The notes below the pieces were generated by a model that saw nothing but the letters and a program-made list of their open reading frames with translations, was not told the origin of the DNA and made no database searches. Positions 19,263-28,200 of a stretch of DNA of 64,000 nucleotides are shown here, piece by piece (position 1 is the first letter of the stretch; each line of letters begins with the position of its first letter). Made by a program: the position numbers and the translations under genes. This DNA is from Flavobacteriales bacterium (GTDB taxonomy: Bacteria > Bacteroidota > Bacteroidia > Flavobacteriales > UBA7430): the NCBI GenBank assembly GCA_965183875.1, contig CBCYMK010000028.1, positions 37,531-101,530 on the forward strand. Reading direction: 5' to 3'.

Positions 19263-21947
19263 ATGAAAATCTCAATCTACGCATTGCTCAGCTTCTCATT
19301 TTTAATAATTTCTTCCGCTGTTTATTCACAAGTTATATGGACTGAAGATTTTGAATCCTATTCTGTAGGAACTGGTTATATGGGTTCTAGTGATCCTGTG
19401 GCAGCTATCCCTAGTGGAGATTATCCAAGTGCTGTTTCAAAATGGTCTGTAGATACTTCTTCGGCCCAGCTTACAGCAAATTCCGATTGGCTTTCAGTAC
19501 AGTTAGATGCTGTGGGTAATAAGGTGTTCGAGTGTAGAGATTCTGACGGGGAGTTTGTATGGTCTTCAGAAGTTATCTCAATCGCCGGATATTTAGATAT
19601 TGTATTACAGGTGTTAATTACTGAAGTCTCCGATCTGGAATCTACCGATTATATAAATGTTTATTATAAACTAGATGGTGGGGTAGAGTTGTTGTTTGAT
19701 ACTAATGGTGCTAATTCTAACGACTTTACTAGTCGTATTGCAAAGCATGAGAACCTAACAGGTAGTACTATTCAAATAATTATCAAAGGAAAAAATACCG
19801 CTGGTACAGAGAAAATTAGATTTGATGATGTCCTTATAGCAGAAAAAAGCTTACTTATTACTGAGGTTTCTTCTCCTTCGGACAATAGTTCTGCATCGTA
19901 TATTGAACTTCAAAATAACTCTAATCACCTATTGGATTTCAATACAGATACCTACTATTTGTCCATGCAATCAAATGGTGGAGATTGGGTAGATGTGTTA
20001 TTAACAGGCAGTCTCTGCGCAGGATGTGTAACTTTATATGCCAAGTCCTCTACTTCGTTTAGTGCTGCTTATGGTTTTGCTCCACCTAATGCCGATTCTT
20101 TAATTATTGGCGATGGTAATGATGCTTATTTTGTTTTCTACAATGGTAACCACAGTACAGGTGCTGTTGTTGATGCTTTTGGAACATTCAATACAGATGG
20201 AGCGGGAGCCTTATGGGAGTATACAAATAGTAGAGCTGTAAGAGATACTTCGACTGTTGTGGGACTTCCTATATGGCGTTCTTCCGAGTGGACTATAAAT
20301 ATAGCAGCTTCTGCAGCTATGAGTCCTGGGGCATTAGAAAATGAGTTTAGGTATTTCAATTCCATCTGGCATCCTCAAGCTATTGCACCCTCTTTAAATT
20401 CAGGTAGTTATTCTGTAATAGTTCAAGAAGGTGAAGTTTCGATAAGTGAATCGATTTTATGTTCCAGCCTTACCGTATTTCCTTCTACTATACTCAACAT
20501 AAATCCTGGCCTTGGTGCTTCTGTAAGTAGCGATTGTGTAAATGAAGGGACTTTAAATATAATTTCTGACACTTTAAGTAGTGGTTCTCTTATTGTTTCT
20601 GGTGAATGCTCTGGAAATTTAAATTACCAATTATATACAACGGGTGGCGTGTCCAGCCCTTGGCATTTAATATCCTCACCCTTAAAAGGAACTGCTATTA
20701 ATGGTTTTGTTACAAATCCAGCAAACAGCATTCAAAGTTCCGTCAGTAATAACTATGGACTTGCCGAGTATAATACTAGTACTGCTGCTTGGAATTATTT
20801 TCATAATGGGCTTGGTGAAAGCCCTAATATAGCAATATCTAATGCTGGGGATTTTCAAGATGCTAAAGGTTATTCTATTCTTAGGTCCTCTTCAGGGGTT
20901 GTTCATTTTTCAGGCCTTTTGAATACTGTTGACCAATCGATCTCTATAGATGGATCGAAGTGGAATTTAATAGGTAATCCATATCCTGGATTTGTGAGTG
21001 TAAATTCTAATGCCTCTTCAGTTGATAATTTAATAAATACCAATTCCACACTTATAGATCCTTTTTTTCAAGCGGTTTATATTTGGGATTCTTCCCTTTC
21101 AAATTATACAGTGGTAAATCAGGCAAGCCCTGCTACATATTTAGCGCCAGGTCAGGCAGTTTTTGTATTAGCTAGCTCAAGTGGGGGAACGTATAGTTTC
21201 CCTGTTTCACAACTAAATCACCAAACAGGCGATTGGTTTGAGCGAAATGCGGTAGAAAGTTATCCCAGTATTGAGTTATTTGTAAATGCTGTAGATTTCT
21301 CTAGTAAAACTGCTGTGAAATTTATAGAAAATAAAAGTATAGGTTTAGATCAAGGATATGATGCCGGTAGGTTTTCTTCCTCCTTAGATGATTTTTTTGT
21401 AGCTACCAATTTAGTTGATGGTACTGCCCCAGAAATTGATTTAGCTGTGCAGTGTCTACCTGCCTTAAATCATGATAATTTGTACAGTATTCCTATTGTT
21501 CTTAATTCTGATGTTGAAAGAGATCTTACCATTCAACTAAATTTACAAAATATCCCAGAGGGCTTTGAATTCTATTTGGTAGATCAGTTAACAAATACTT
21601 CTACAAATTTAAGCGCTAATGCAAGTACTTATTCTTGCCTTGTTGATCAGTCTACTTATGCTAGCAATCGGTTTTCGCTTAGCGTAGTTTCTACTAGTAG
21701 TATTGGTTTGGAAGAAGTCAAAACTATTCCTTTTTTCATCTATTCTGGTGTTACTTTATCATGCCTACAGATACCAAAAGAATTCCTTCATAAGGCTAGG
21801 GTGTCGGTTTATACTATTCAAGCTTCTCTTATTTACAATTCTAAAATTGTTTCAAATTCCTTGTATTTACCAAAACTCCCTACTGGAATTTATCTTATCC
21901 GTTTAGAACATGAAAATTCCGTGGTTATAGGAAAGCTAAAAATTTAG
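19263..21947 (+). CDS. T9SS cargo protein with lamin-tail-like domain
   Basis: 894-aa ORF with a signal peptide. LTD-like segment LLITEVSSPSDNSSASYIELQNNSNHLLDF. A conserved WHLISSP...WNLIGNPYP...YIWD module, then a C-terminal sorting-domain pattern (LPTGIYLIRLEHENSVVIGKLKI). Confidence 0.75.
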   Translation: MKISIYALLSFSFLIISSAVYSQVIWTEDFESYSVGTGYMGSSDPVAAIPSGDYPSAVSKWSVDTSSAQLTANSDWLSVQLDAVGNKVFECRDSDGEFVWSSEVISIAGYLDIVLQVLITEVSDLESTDYINVYYKLDGGVELLFDTNGANSNDFTSRIAKHENLTGSTIQIIIKGKNTAGTEKIRFDDVLIAEKSLLITEVSSPSDNSSASYIELQNNSNHLLDFNTDTYYLSMQSNGGDWVDVLLTGSLCAGCVTLYAKSSTSFSAAYGFAPPNADSLIIGDGNDAYFVFYNGNHSTGAVVDAFGTFNTDGAGALWEYTNSRAVRDTSTVVGLPIWRSSEWTINIAASAAMSPGALENEFRYFNSIWHPQAIAPSLNSGSYSVIVQEGEVSISESILCSSLTVFPSTILNINPGLGASVSSDCVNEGTLNIISDTLSSGSLIVSGECSGNLNYQLYTTGGVSSPWHLISSPLKGTAINGFVTNPANSIQSSVSNNYGLAEYNTSTAAWNYFHNGLGESPNIAISNAGDFQDAKGYSILRSSSGVVHFSGLLNTVDQSISIDGSKWNLIGNPYPGFVSVNSNASSVDNLINTNSTLIDPFFQAVYIWDSSLSNYTVVNQASPATYLAPGQAVFVLASSSGGTYSFPVSQLNHQTGDWFERNAVESYPSIELFVNAVDFSSKTAVKFIENKSIGLDQGYDAGRFSSSLDDFFVATNLVDGTAPEIDLAVQCLPALNHDNLYSIPIVLNSDVERDLTIQLNLQNIPEGFEFYLVDQLTNTSTNLSANASTYSCLVDQSTYASNRFSLSVVSTSSIGLEEVKTIPFFIYSGVTLSCLQIPKEFLHKARVSVYTIQASLIYNSKIVSNSLYLPKLPTGIYLIRLEHENSVVIGKLKI

Positions 21948-22064
21948 GTTAATTTAGGAGGGTTCGTTCTGTTTAGTTAAATTCCCACTTAAATCTTTTA
22001 GCTCACATAAGTGAGTATTGCACCCAAAATACGAGTTTAAATTTCGGTTACTAATCGCATTGAT

Positions 22065-23168
22065 ATGAATTATCTGAGTAAGAAAATTGGATCTGAGGTA
22101 GTCTTATGGTTTCAAGAATCCAATAAATATTTGGTTTTTGAAACTCTATTTTATGAGGTTTTTAAAATAATTGACACCCTTTCTATACTTCAAGCTAAGT
22201 CGCGTTTAACCGAAGATATGGGGTTTAACGACTTACAAGTAACCGACTCTTTTGATGCTTATGTAGCTATTGAAAAACAATTGAGTATAACAGAAAAAAG
22301 CACTACTAAGTTACCTGCTCTAAGACCTCCTGTAAAATGGCAAAGTACTCATTATTATAATGTGTATAACTGTGTGTTTAAAATTAGGTATTCTAGTTCA
22401 TTTTCAATGGAGTTGGTCCATCCTAAATTCGCTCACCTAAAGAGTGAAAAACATTCCCATTTTGCGCTCGAAGTCGATGTTGTTCAGTTGGATTCATCTA
22501 TTGCATTGTATATAAATAATAAACATGTTAATACCTGGTCTATAAAAGATGCCTCTTTGCTCCAGGGTAAATTTGCAATGGAGTTACTTAATACAGTCCA
22601 TTCAAAAAGTGCTTCAAACTGGATGGCTGTTTTACATGCTTCTGCTGTGTATAAAAAGGACAAAACTGTGCTCTTTTTAGGGGAGTCTGGATCCGGGAAA
22701 AGTACGGCTACTGCTTTGTCTATATTAAATGGCTATCATTTATTAGCCGATGATTTTGTGCCTCTCGAATCAAACTCTCATTTGTTGTATTCTTTCCCAG
22801 CAGCAATTTCTATTAAAGAACCTATGTTGGTAAAGATGGAAAAGGTTTTTCCGAGCCTAAAAAACTCATTGTTAAGAGTGAAAAATGAGCAGGTAAACTA
22901 TAAATATCTCTACCCAATAAACGATTCTAATTTACCACAGCGAAAACCTGCAAATGCTTTGATTTTTATACAGTATACTGTGGGCGCTACAACTTCCTTA
23001 AATCGTTTATCTACTAAGCAAACTCTTGAGCTTTTAGTTCCCGACTCTTGGATTTCTGCGAATGAAAAACAGGTGTGCTCCTTTTTAGATTGGATTGCTA
23101 AAATTCCCTCTTATAGTCTTGAGTATTCGGACGATGTTGAACTTATAAACATTGTAAATGACCTATAA
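22065..23168 (+). CDS. HPr-kinase-related P-loop kinase, possibly with PqqD-like N-terminal peptide-binding domain
   Basis: 367-aa ORF. LHASAVYKKDKTVLFLGESGSGKSTATALSILNGYHLLADDFVPL aligns by eye to the HprK/P C-terminal catalytic core (H..V....GVL..G.SG.GKS......GH.L.ADD). N-terminal residues 10-75 show a strand-strand-helix pattern reminiscent of PqqD. Confidence 0.7.
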   Translation: MNYLSKKIGSEVVLWFQESNKYLVFETLFYEVFKIIDTLSILQAKSRLTEDMGFNDLQVTDSFDAYVAIEKQLSITEKSTTKLPALRPPVKWQSTHYYNVYNCVFKIRYSSSFSMELVHPKFAHLKSEKHSHFALEVDVVQLDSSIALYINNKHVNTWSIKDASLLQGKFAMELLNTVHSKSASNWMAVLHASAVYKKDKTVLFLGESGSGKSTATALSILNGYHLLADDFVPLESNSHLLYSFPAAISIKEPMLVKMEKVFPSLKNSLLRVKNEQVNYKYLYPINDSNLPQRKPANALIFIQYTVGATTSLNRLSTKQTLELLVPDSWISANEKQVCSFLDWIAKIPSYSLEYSDDVELINIVNDL

Positions 23169-24267
23169 AGACGCCCTTTTTTTTATTGCTGATTGCTTGC
23201 GGCTTAAAGTGAATGAATCTCATAAAGATACCCTTCTTAAGAAAATGGTTTCTAAAGAGGTGCAATGGGAGCGTGTGGTACAATTAGCTTCTAGTCATTT
23301 AGTGTTGCCGCTATTATATATCCGATTTAGAGATGCTCAACTACTTACTCAGCTCCCAGGTGATTTACAAGAATACCTCAAAGAAATATACCAATTAAAT
23401 AAAACTAGAAATACAGTTGCTTTAAAAGAGATAAAAGCGTTAAATGAAATTTTTCATAAGCATGGTGTTCAGGTAATCTACCTAAAAGGAGCTGCTCATT
23501 TATTAAAGGGTATGTATGAGGATATTGGGGAGCGTATGATTGGTGATATTGACCTATTGGTAGAGCCTTCAAAAATGGAATTTACAGCCAATATACTTAT
23601 GGAGTCGGGTTTTACCCCACTTGCAAAATACCAGGCCTCTTTATTTACGCTCACCAAACACTACCCTAGGTTGGTTCATCCTTCGAGAGATATGGCTGTA
23701 GAAATTCACAAAGATGTGATACAGAATATTCGGGATAGAAAACTGGTTTTTAAGGATTACGATAAGGAAAAAATTGGCTTAGATAATTTTTTTATCCCCA
23801 GTACTAAACACCTTATAATTCACAATATTTTAAACACCCAAATTAACGATTTAGGATGGCTGCTGTCTAGTATAAACTTACGCCAACAATACGATTTATT
23901 GCTACTGTCTGAGGAAGAGAAAGTTGAAGAGGTGATCGAATCTTTCGGTTATTTTGAGTCTATTATGAAATCCTATTTGATAAGAACTGCTGTAGTGTTT
24001 TGTGATGTACCTCAGTTGGCTTATAAAAATAGTTTCCGCTCGTGTGTGCTGGTATTCCTCCTTCTTCAACGTTTTAATTTCCCCCGATTATTTAAGTTTA
24101 GTATTCGATTGCGCTATATAGTTTATAGGATGATAAGCGATAGTAAGCGCTTAGTTTCAAATATGTCTCAGCCCTTATTGCGCAAAGAAATAGTAAGCCA
24201 TTTTACCGACGCGAATTGGGTCAAAAACTATTTCATTAAAGCCTTCAAGAAATTGAAATCCTTCTAG
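23158..24267 (+). CDS. Uncharacterised nucleotidyltransferase family protein (NTP_transf_5-like)
   Basis: 369-aa ORF. The motif RMIGDIDLLVEPSKMEFTANILMESGF is typical of this family. Its ATG overlaps the kinase gene's end by 11 nt. Confidence 0.65.
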   Translation: MTYKDALFFIADCLRLKVNESHKDTLLKKMVSKEVQWERVVQLASSHLVLPLLYIRFRDAQLLTQLPGDLQEYLKEIYQLNKTRNTVALKEIKALNEIFHKHGVQVIYLKGAAHLLKGMYEDIGERMIGDIDLLVEPSKMEFTANILMESGFTPLAKYQASLFTLTKHYPRLVHPSRDMAVEIHKDVIQNIRDRKLVFKDYDKEKIGLDNFFIPSTKHLIIHNILNTQINDLGWLLSSINLRQQYDLLLLSEEEKVEEVIESFGYFESIMKSYLIRTAVVFCDVPQLAYKNSFRSCVLVFLLLQRFNFPRLFKFSIRLRYIVYRMISDSKRLVSNMSQPLLRKEIVSHFTDANWVKNYFIKAFKKLKSF

Positions 24268-24273
24268 ACTTTT

Positions 24274-25245
24274 TTAAATACATAAACTCGTTAGTACCCC
24301 AAAAATAAAAAGGTATAAACTGAGGTTTAGCCAAAAATTGGTTCTCTTATAATAGTAGTAATTACTAATAAGTATTGAACAGGGTAGCGCTAAGATTTGT
24401 AATTTACTACTGTAAGGGCTTGGGTCTATTAGTAGGTATAGACCTTGAAATAGTAGAAGCCACAAAATTAATATAAATGATTTTCTAGCTATAATTTTCT
24501 TTTTCCTCAAGCTAGTCAATACTTCAATAAATGTCCTTCCTACAATACTGCTGTAAATTAAAATTCGGACTATATCTATACGACTAAAGGTGCTGCTGAT
24601 GTGGTCTTTTGTAATGAATGAAAATAAATTTGAAAAACTAGAGTTTGGAATTCCAAAATAAATCCCCAGGCTTAGCCAAATTACTAATGGTGTTAAAATA
24701 CCGAGTAAACTCAAAACCCAGTACCTCCACTCTCCTAAAGAAAATATAGACATGCCAATCCAAGATAATGGAATGAATACCATAAATGGTGGATGTATTA
24801 GTGTGGCTACACTTAAAAAGAAAGTACTTTCGAAAACTTGTGTATGGGTATTGTTCTCTAAATAGCAAGTAACTATTTTTGTTAGTGCAACAATAACAAA
24901 TAGTAGGGCAACAAAACTCGGACTCAACTGTCTATATTCGGTTGCTACGCTGCTAAGTAAGACAAAAAATAGTGCAGGGTAAAAAGTGTTTGTCGAAAAA
25001 ATACGCTGTCCTACCATTAATTTATTTACCAGTATAGCTTCCCAGAATATAATCGCTCCAGCAAATAGACGAAGTAAAATAGGATAGTGTTTTAATGGGT
25101 TAAAAATAAGGTCGAATAAGGGAGATGAGCTCCAATTTGAACTCATGCTTTCTGTACTGTATCCTATAATCCATAGAGTTATAGACAATACAAAAACACT
25201 CACTACAGAAAGTACTTGAGTATGTCGAAATAAATTTACTATCAT
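24274..25245 (-). CDS. Polytopic membrane protein of unknown function
   Basis: The ORF track gives 24274-25302. The internal start MIVNLFRHTQ was preferred. About 9-10 hydrophobic helices and no catalytic motif recognised. Confidence 0.55.
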   Translation of the reverse strand: MIVNLFRHTQVLSVVSVFVLSITLWIIGYSTESMSSNWSSSPLFDLIFNPLKHYPILLRLFAGAIIFWEAILVNKLMVGQRIFSTNTFYPALFFVLLSSVATEYRQLSPSFVALLFVIVALTKIVTCYLENNTHTQVFESTFFLSVATLIHPPFMVFIPLSWIGMSIFSLGEWRYWVLSLLGILTPLVIWLSLGIYFGIPNSSFSNLFSFITKDHISSTFSRIDIVRILIYSSIVGRTFIEVLTSLRKKKIIARKSFILILWLLLFQGLYLLIDPSPYSSKLQILALPCSILISNYYYYKRTNFWLNLSLYLFIFGVLTSLCI

Positions 25246-25294
25246 GTGGTAAAAATATGTATTTTTGTGCTCGTTAAGAAAAACATTTACACTT

Positions 25295-25456
25295 ATGAAC
25301 AATTTACTTTACACCATCGGTGATTTATTTGAAGCAACTTTTGAAATACTTGAAGCTGCAGGGAATGTGCCAAACGTTTTAATAGTTATTGTTGGGACTG
25401 GAGCTTTAGCATTCTGTATGAAAGTTGTGACAGCCGACAAAAATATTTGTGAATAG
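25295..25456 (+). CDS. Small hypothetical membrane protein
   Basis: 53 aa from the internal start MNNLLYTIGDLFE, with one hydrophobic helix (VLIVIVGTGALAFCM). Followed by a strong terminator at 25477-25509. Confidence 0.4.
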   Translation: MNNLLYTIGDLFEATFEILEAAGNVPNVLIVIVGTGALAFCMKVVTADKNICE

Positions 25457-25476
25457 TTAATTGGCTATTTCACAGC

Positions 25477-25509
25477 AAAAAAAGGCGTCCTAATTAGGAC
25501 GCCTTTTTT
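25477..25509 (+). terminator. Rho-independent terminator
   Basis: Stem ggcgtcc/ggacgcc, loop taatta, with an A-run before and T6 after. Confidence 0.8.
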
Positions 25510-26331
25510 GGTTATACACACTTTAGTATGTGTTTTTTGCTACTTCTATAATTTGTTTAACTTTATTTTTTTAAAAATCCATCTTAGATTATAATGAGAA
25601 CTTTATTTAAAGTACTTCTTCTGTCTTTTTTTTTAGTTGTTATTCCAAAAACAACTGCCCAGAATAATACCTTGAGTTTTGATGGGATAGACGATATTGT
25701 AAGCCTAGGCGATAATAATATCCTACAAGTATCCGGAAATACATTGTCTATTTCTGCTTGGATAAAAGCAGAATCTTTCGCAGCTAATCTATGGCAGAAT
25801 ACTGTTATAGACAACCACTTTACTTTGGATGGTTATGTACTGCGTGTAGGTGGCAATGGTGTAGTTGACTTTGTTATAGGAGATGGAACTTGGCATTCTG
25901 TAACTAGCGATGATTATGCTATACAAACTAATATATGGTATCATCTAGTTGCTTTGTATGACGGGACTACTCAAAAAATATATGTGAATGGAGTGCTTGT
26001 AGCAAGTGTTACAGCAACTTTTACTTTTTTGCCAGGCACACATGTCACTACTATTGGTGGGGCTTCACTTCTTGAAAACCGTTTTTTCGATGGGCAAATA
26101 GATGAGGTAGCTATTTGGGATACCGCATTGTCTAGTTCTGAAGTTACCACCTTATTTAATTCAGGTATTCCTGTGTCTGCTACCTCAGTTGGTTCAGGTT
26201 TGCTTGCTTACTACTCCATGAATAGTAACAGTGGTGCGGGGTCACTTTTAACAGATGATGAAAATACAGGAACCGATTACGACGGTACTATATATGGCGC
26301 TAGTTGGGTTGTAGGCGGTCCCGATGCTTTG

Positions 26332-26634
26332 GCACCAACGGCTGTGTTTTCTTCAGCTACAGATAATGTAGGTTCGGTAACCGGAGCTCTAAGTTCGGGC
26401 GATACTACAGACGATACTGCTTTAGTGCTTTCGGGAACTAACGAGTCAGCTTCTACCGTACAAGTGTACAATGGCAGTACTTCTTTAGGAGCAGCAACTA
26501 TTAGTGGAACTACCTGGTCTTATACCGCCACAATTTCCGATGCCACTACCTATCTATTTAATATTACAGAAACCGATACGGCTGGAAATATTAGCGATGC
26601 GACCAGTGATTTTACAGTGATTGGAGATTTTACG
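26332..26634 (+). repeat. Intragenic 303-bp (101-aa) Ig-like repeat, copy 1
   Basis: APTAVFSSATDNVGSVTGALSSGDTTDDTALVLSGTNES... A 95-nt run (26344-26438) is identical to 27607-27701. Confidence 0.9.
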
Positions 26635-27594
26635 GCACCAACGATCACATCGGTTACCGCCGATTGGGGAGCTTACCTGAGTACGGTAGAAGACAATGCG
26701 AGTAAAGCGGTTACTGTAGTAACGAGTGGAGCTGAAGATGGACAAACAGTTACGCTTAGCCTAAATAGTGTAGATTATACAGGTACAGTAGCTTCAAACT
26801 CAACAAGTATTACCGTATCTGCCGCGGCTTTACAAGCCTTGGTATACGACAGCTCTTATACTTTAACTGTTAATGTGTCTGATGCTGCTGGGAATACAGC
26901 AACAACGCACAACTCAACCAGTTTTACTTCTTTAAATAGTACGGGAGTTAATAATACTTTAGATTTTGATGGTGTTGATGACTATGTGAGTATTCCAGAC
27001 AATAGTACATTGGATTTCACAACTGCAATGACAGTTGAATTATGGATGAAACCGGATAACTTTAGTAAAACTTGGGAAGCGATTGTAACAAAAGGTGATA
27101 ATTCGTGGAGAATTCATAGAAATGCCGATGAAGACAAAGTAAATTTTGCTATCAACAACACATCTTTAACTAATTTCTCGGTTACAAGTACATCAACTAT
27201 AACAGATGGTGTTTGGTATCACGTGGTTGGTGTTTATACAGGATCTCAATTAGAAATTTACATTAACGGAATACTAGAAAATACTACTTCGGTTTCAACA
27301 ACTATAAATAATAGTAGTTATAATGTTTGTATTGGTGAAAACTTACAAGCCACAGGTCGACAATTTAATGGCCAAATAGATGAAGTAAGAATTTGGAGTG
27401 ATGTTCGAACATCTTCTGAAATTACTGCTAGTATGAATACAGAACTAACTGGATCGGAAACAAATTTGGTTGCCTATTATCAATTTAACGAGACCTCAGG
27501 TTCTGTAGCTGCAGAGGGCGTAAATAATTATGATGGAACTCTCGTAAATATGGCTAGCGAAGACTGGGTAACTGCAAATTGGCAAGATATTACC

Positions 27595-27897
27595 GCTCCC
27601 ACTGCAGTGTTTTCTTCAGCTACAGATAATGTAGGTTCGGTAACCGGAGCTCTAAGTTCGGGCGATACTACAGACGATACTGCTTTAGTGCTTTCGGGAA
27701 CAAACGAATCTAGTGGAACCGTACAAGTTTATAATGGCAGTACTTCTTTAGGCGCTGCAAGTATTTCTGGTACAACTTGGACTTATACAGCCACTATTGC
27801 CGATGCCACTACCTATTTGTTTAATGTAAAAGAAACCGATATAGCAGGAAATACAAGCGATGCGACCAGTAATTTTACGGTGGTTGGAGACCTTACC
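27595..27897 (+). repeat. Intragenic 303-bp Ig-like repeat, copy 2
   Basis: Same 101-aa unit, directly tandem with copy 3. The 5' part is identical to copy 1 and the 3' part is nearly identical to copy 3. Confidence 0.9.
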
Positions 27898-28200
27898 GCA
27901 CCTACGGCAGTATTTTCTACTGCAACCGATAATGTAGGTTCGGTTACCGGTGCTTTAAGTTCAGGTGATACTACTGATGATACTGCTTTGGTACTCTCGG
28001 GAACAAACGAGTCTGCTTCTACCGTACAAGTGTACAATGGCAGTACTTCTTTAGGCGCTGCAACAATTTCTGGAACTACTTGGTCTTATACCGCCACTAT
28101 TGCCGCTGCCACCACTTATCTGTTTAATGTTACCGAAACCGATATAGCAGGAAATACAAGCGATGCTACCAGTAATTTTACGGTAGTTGGAGATTTTACA
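27898..28200 (+). repeat. Intragenic 303-bp Ig-like repeat, copy 3
   Basis: Same 101-aa unit. The central part (gcttctaccgtacaagtgtacaatggcagtacttctttagg) matches copy 1 and the 3' part matches copy 2. Confidence 0.9.
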
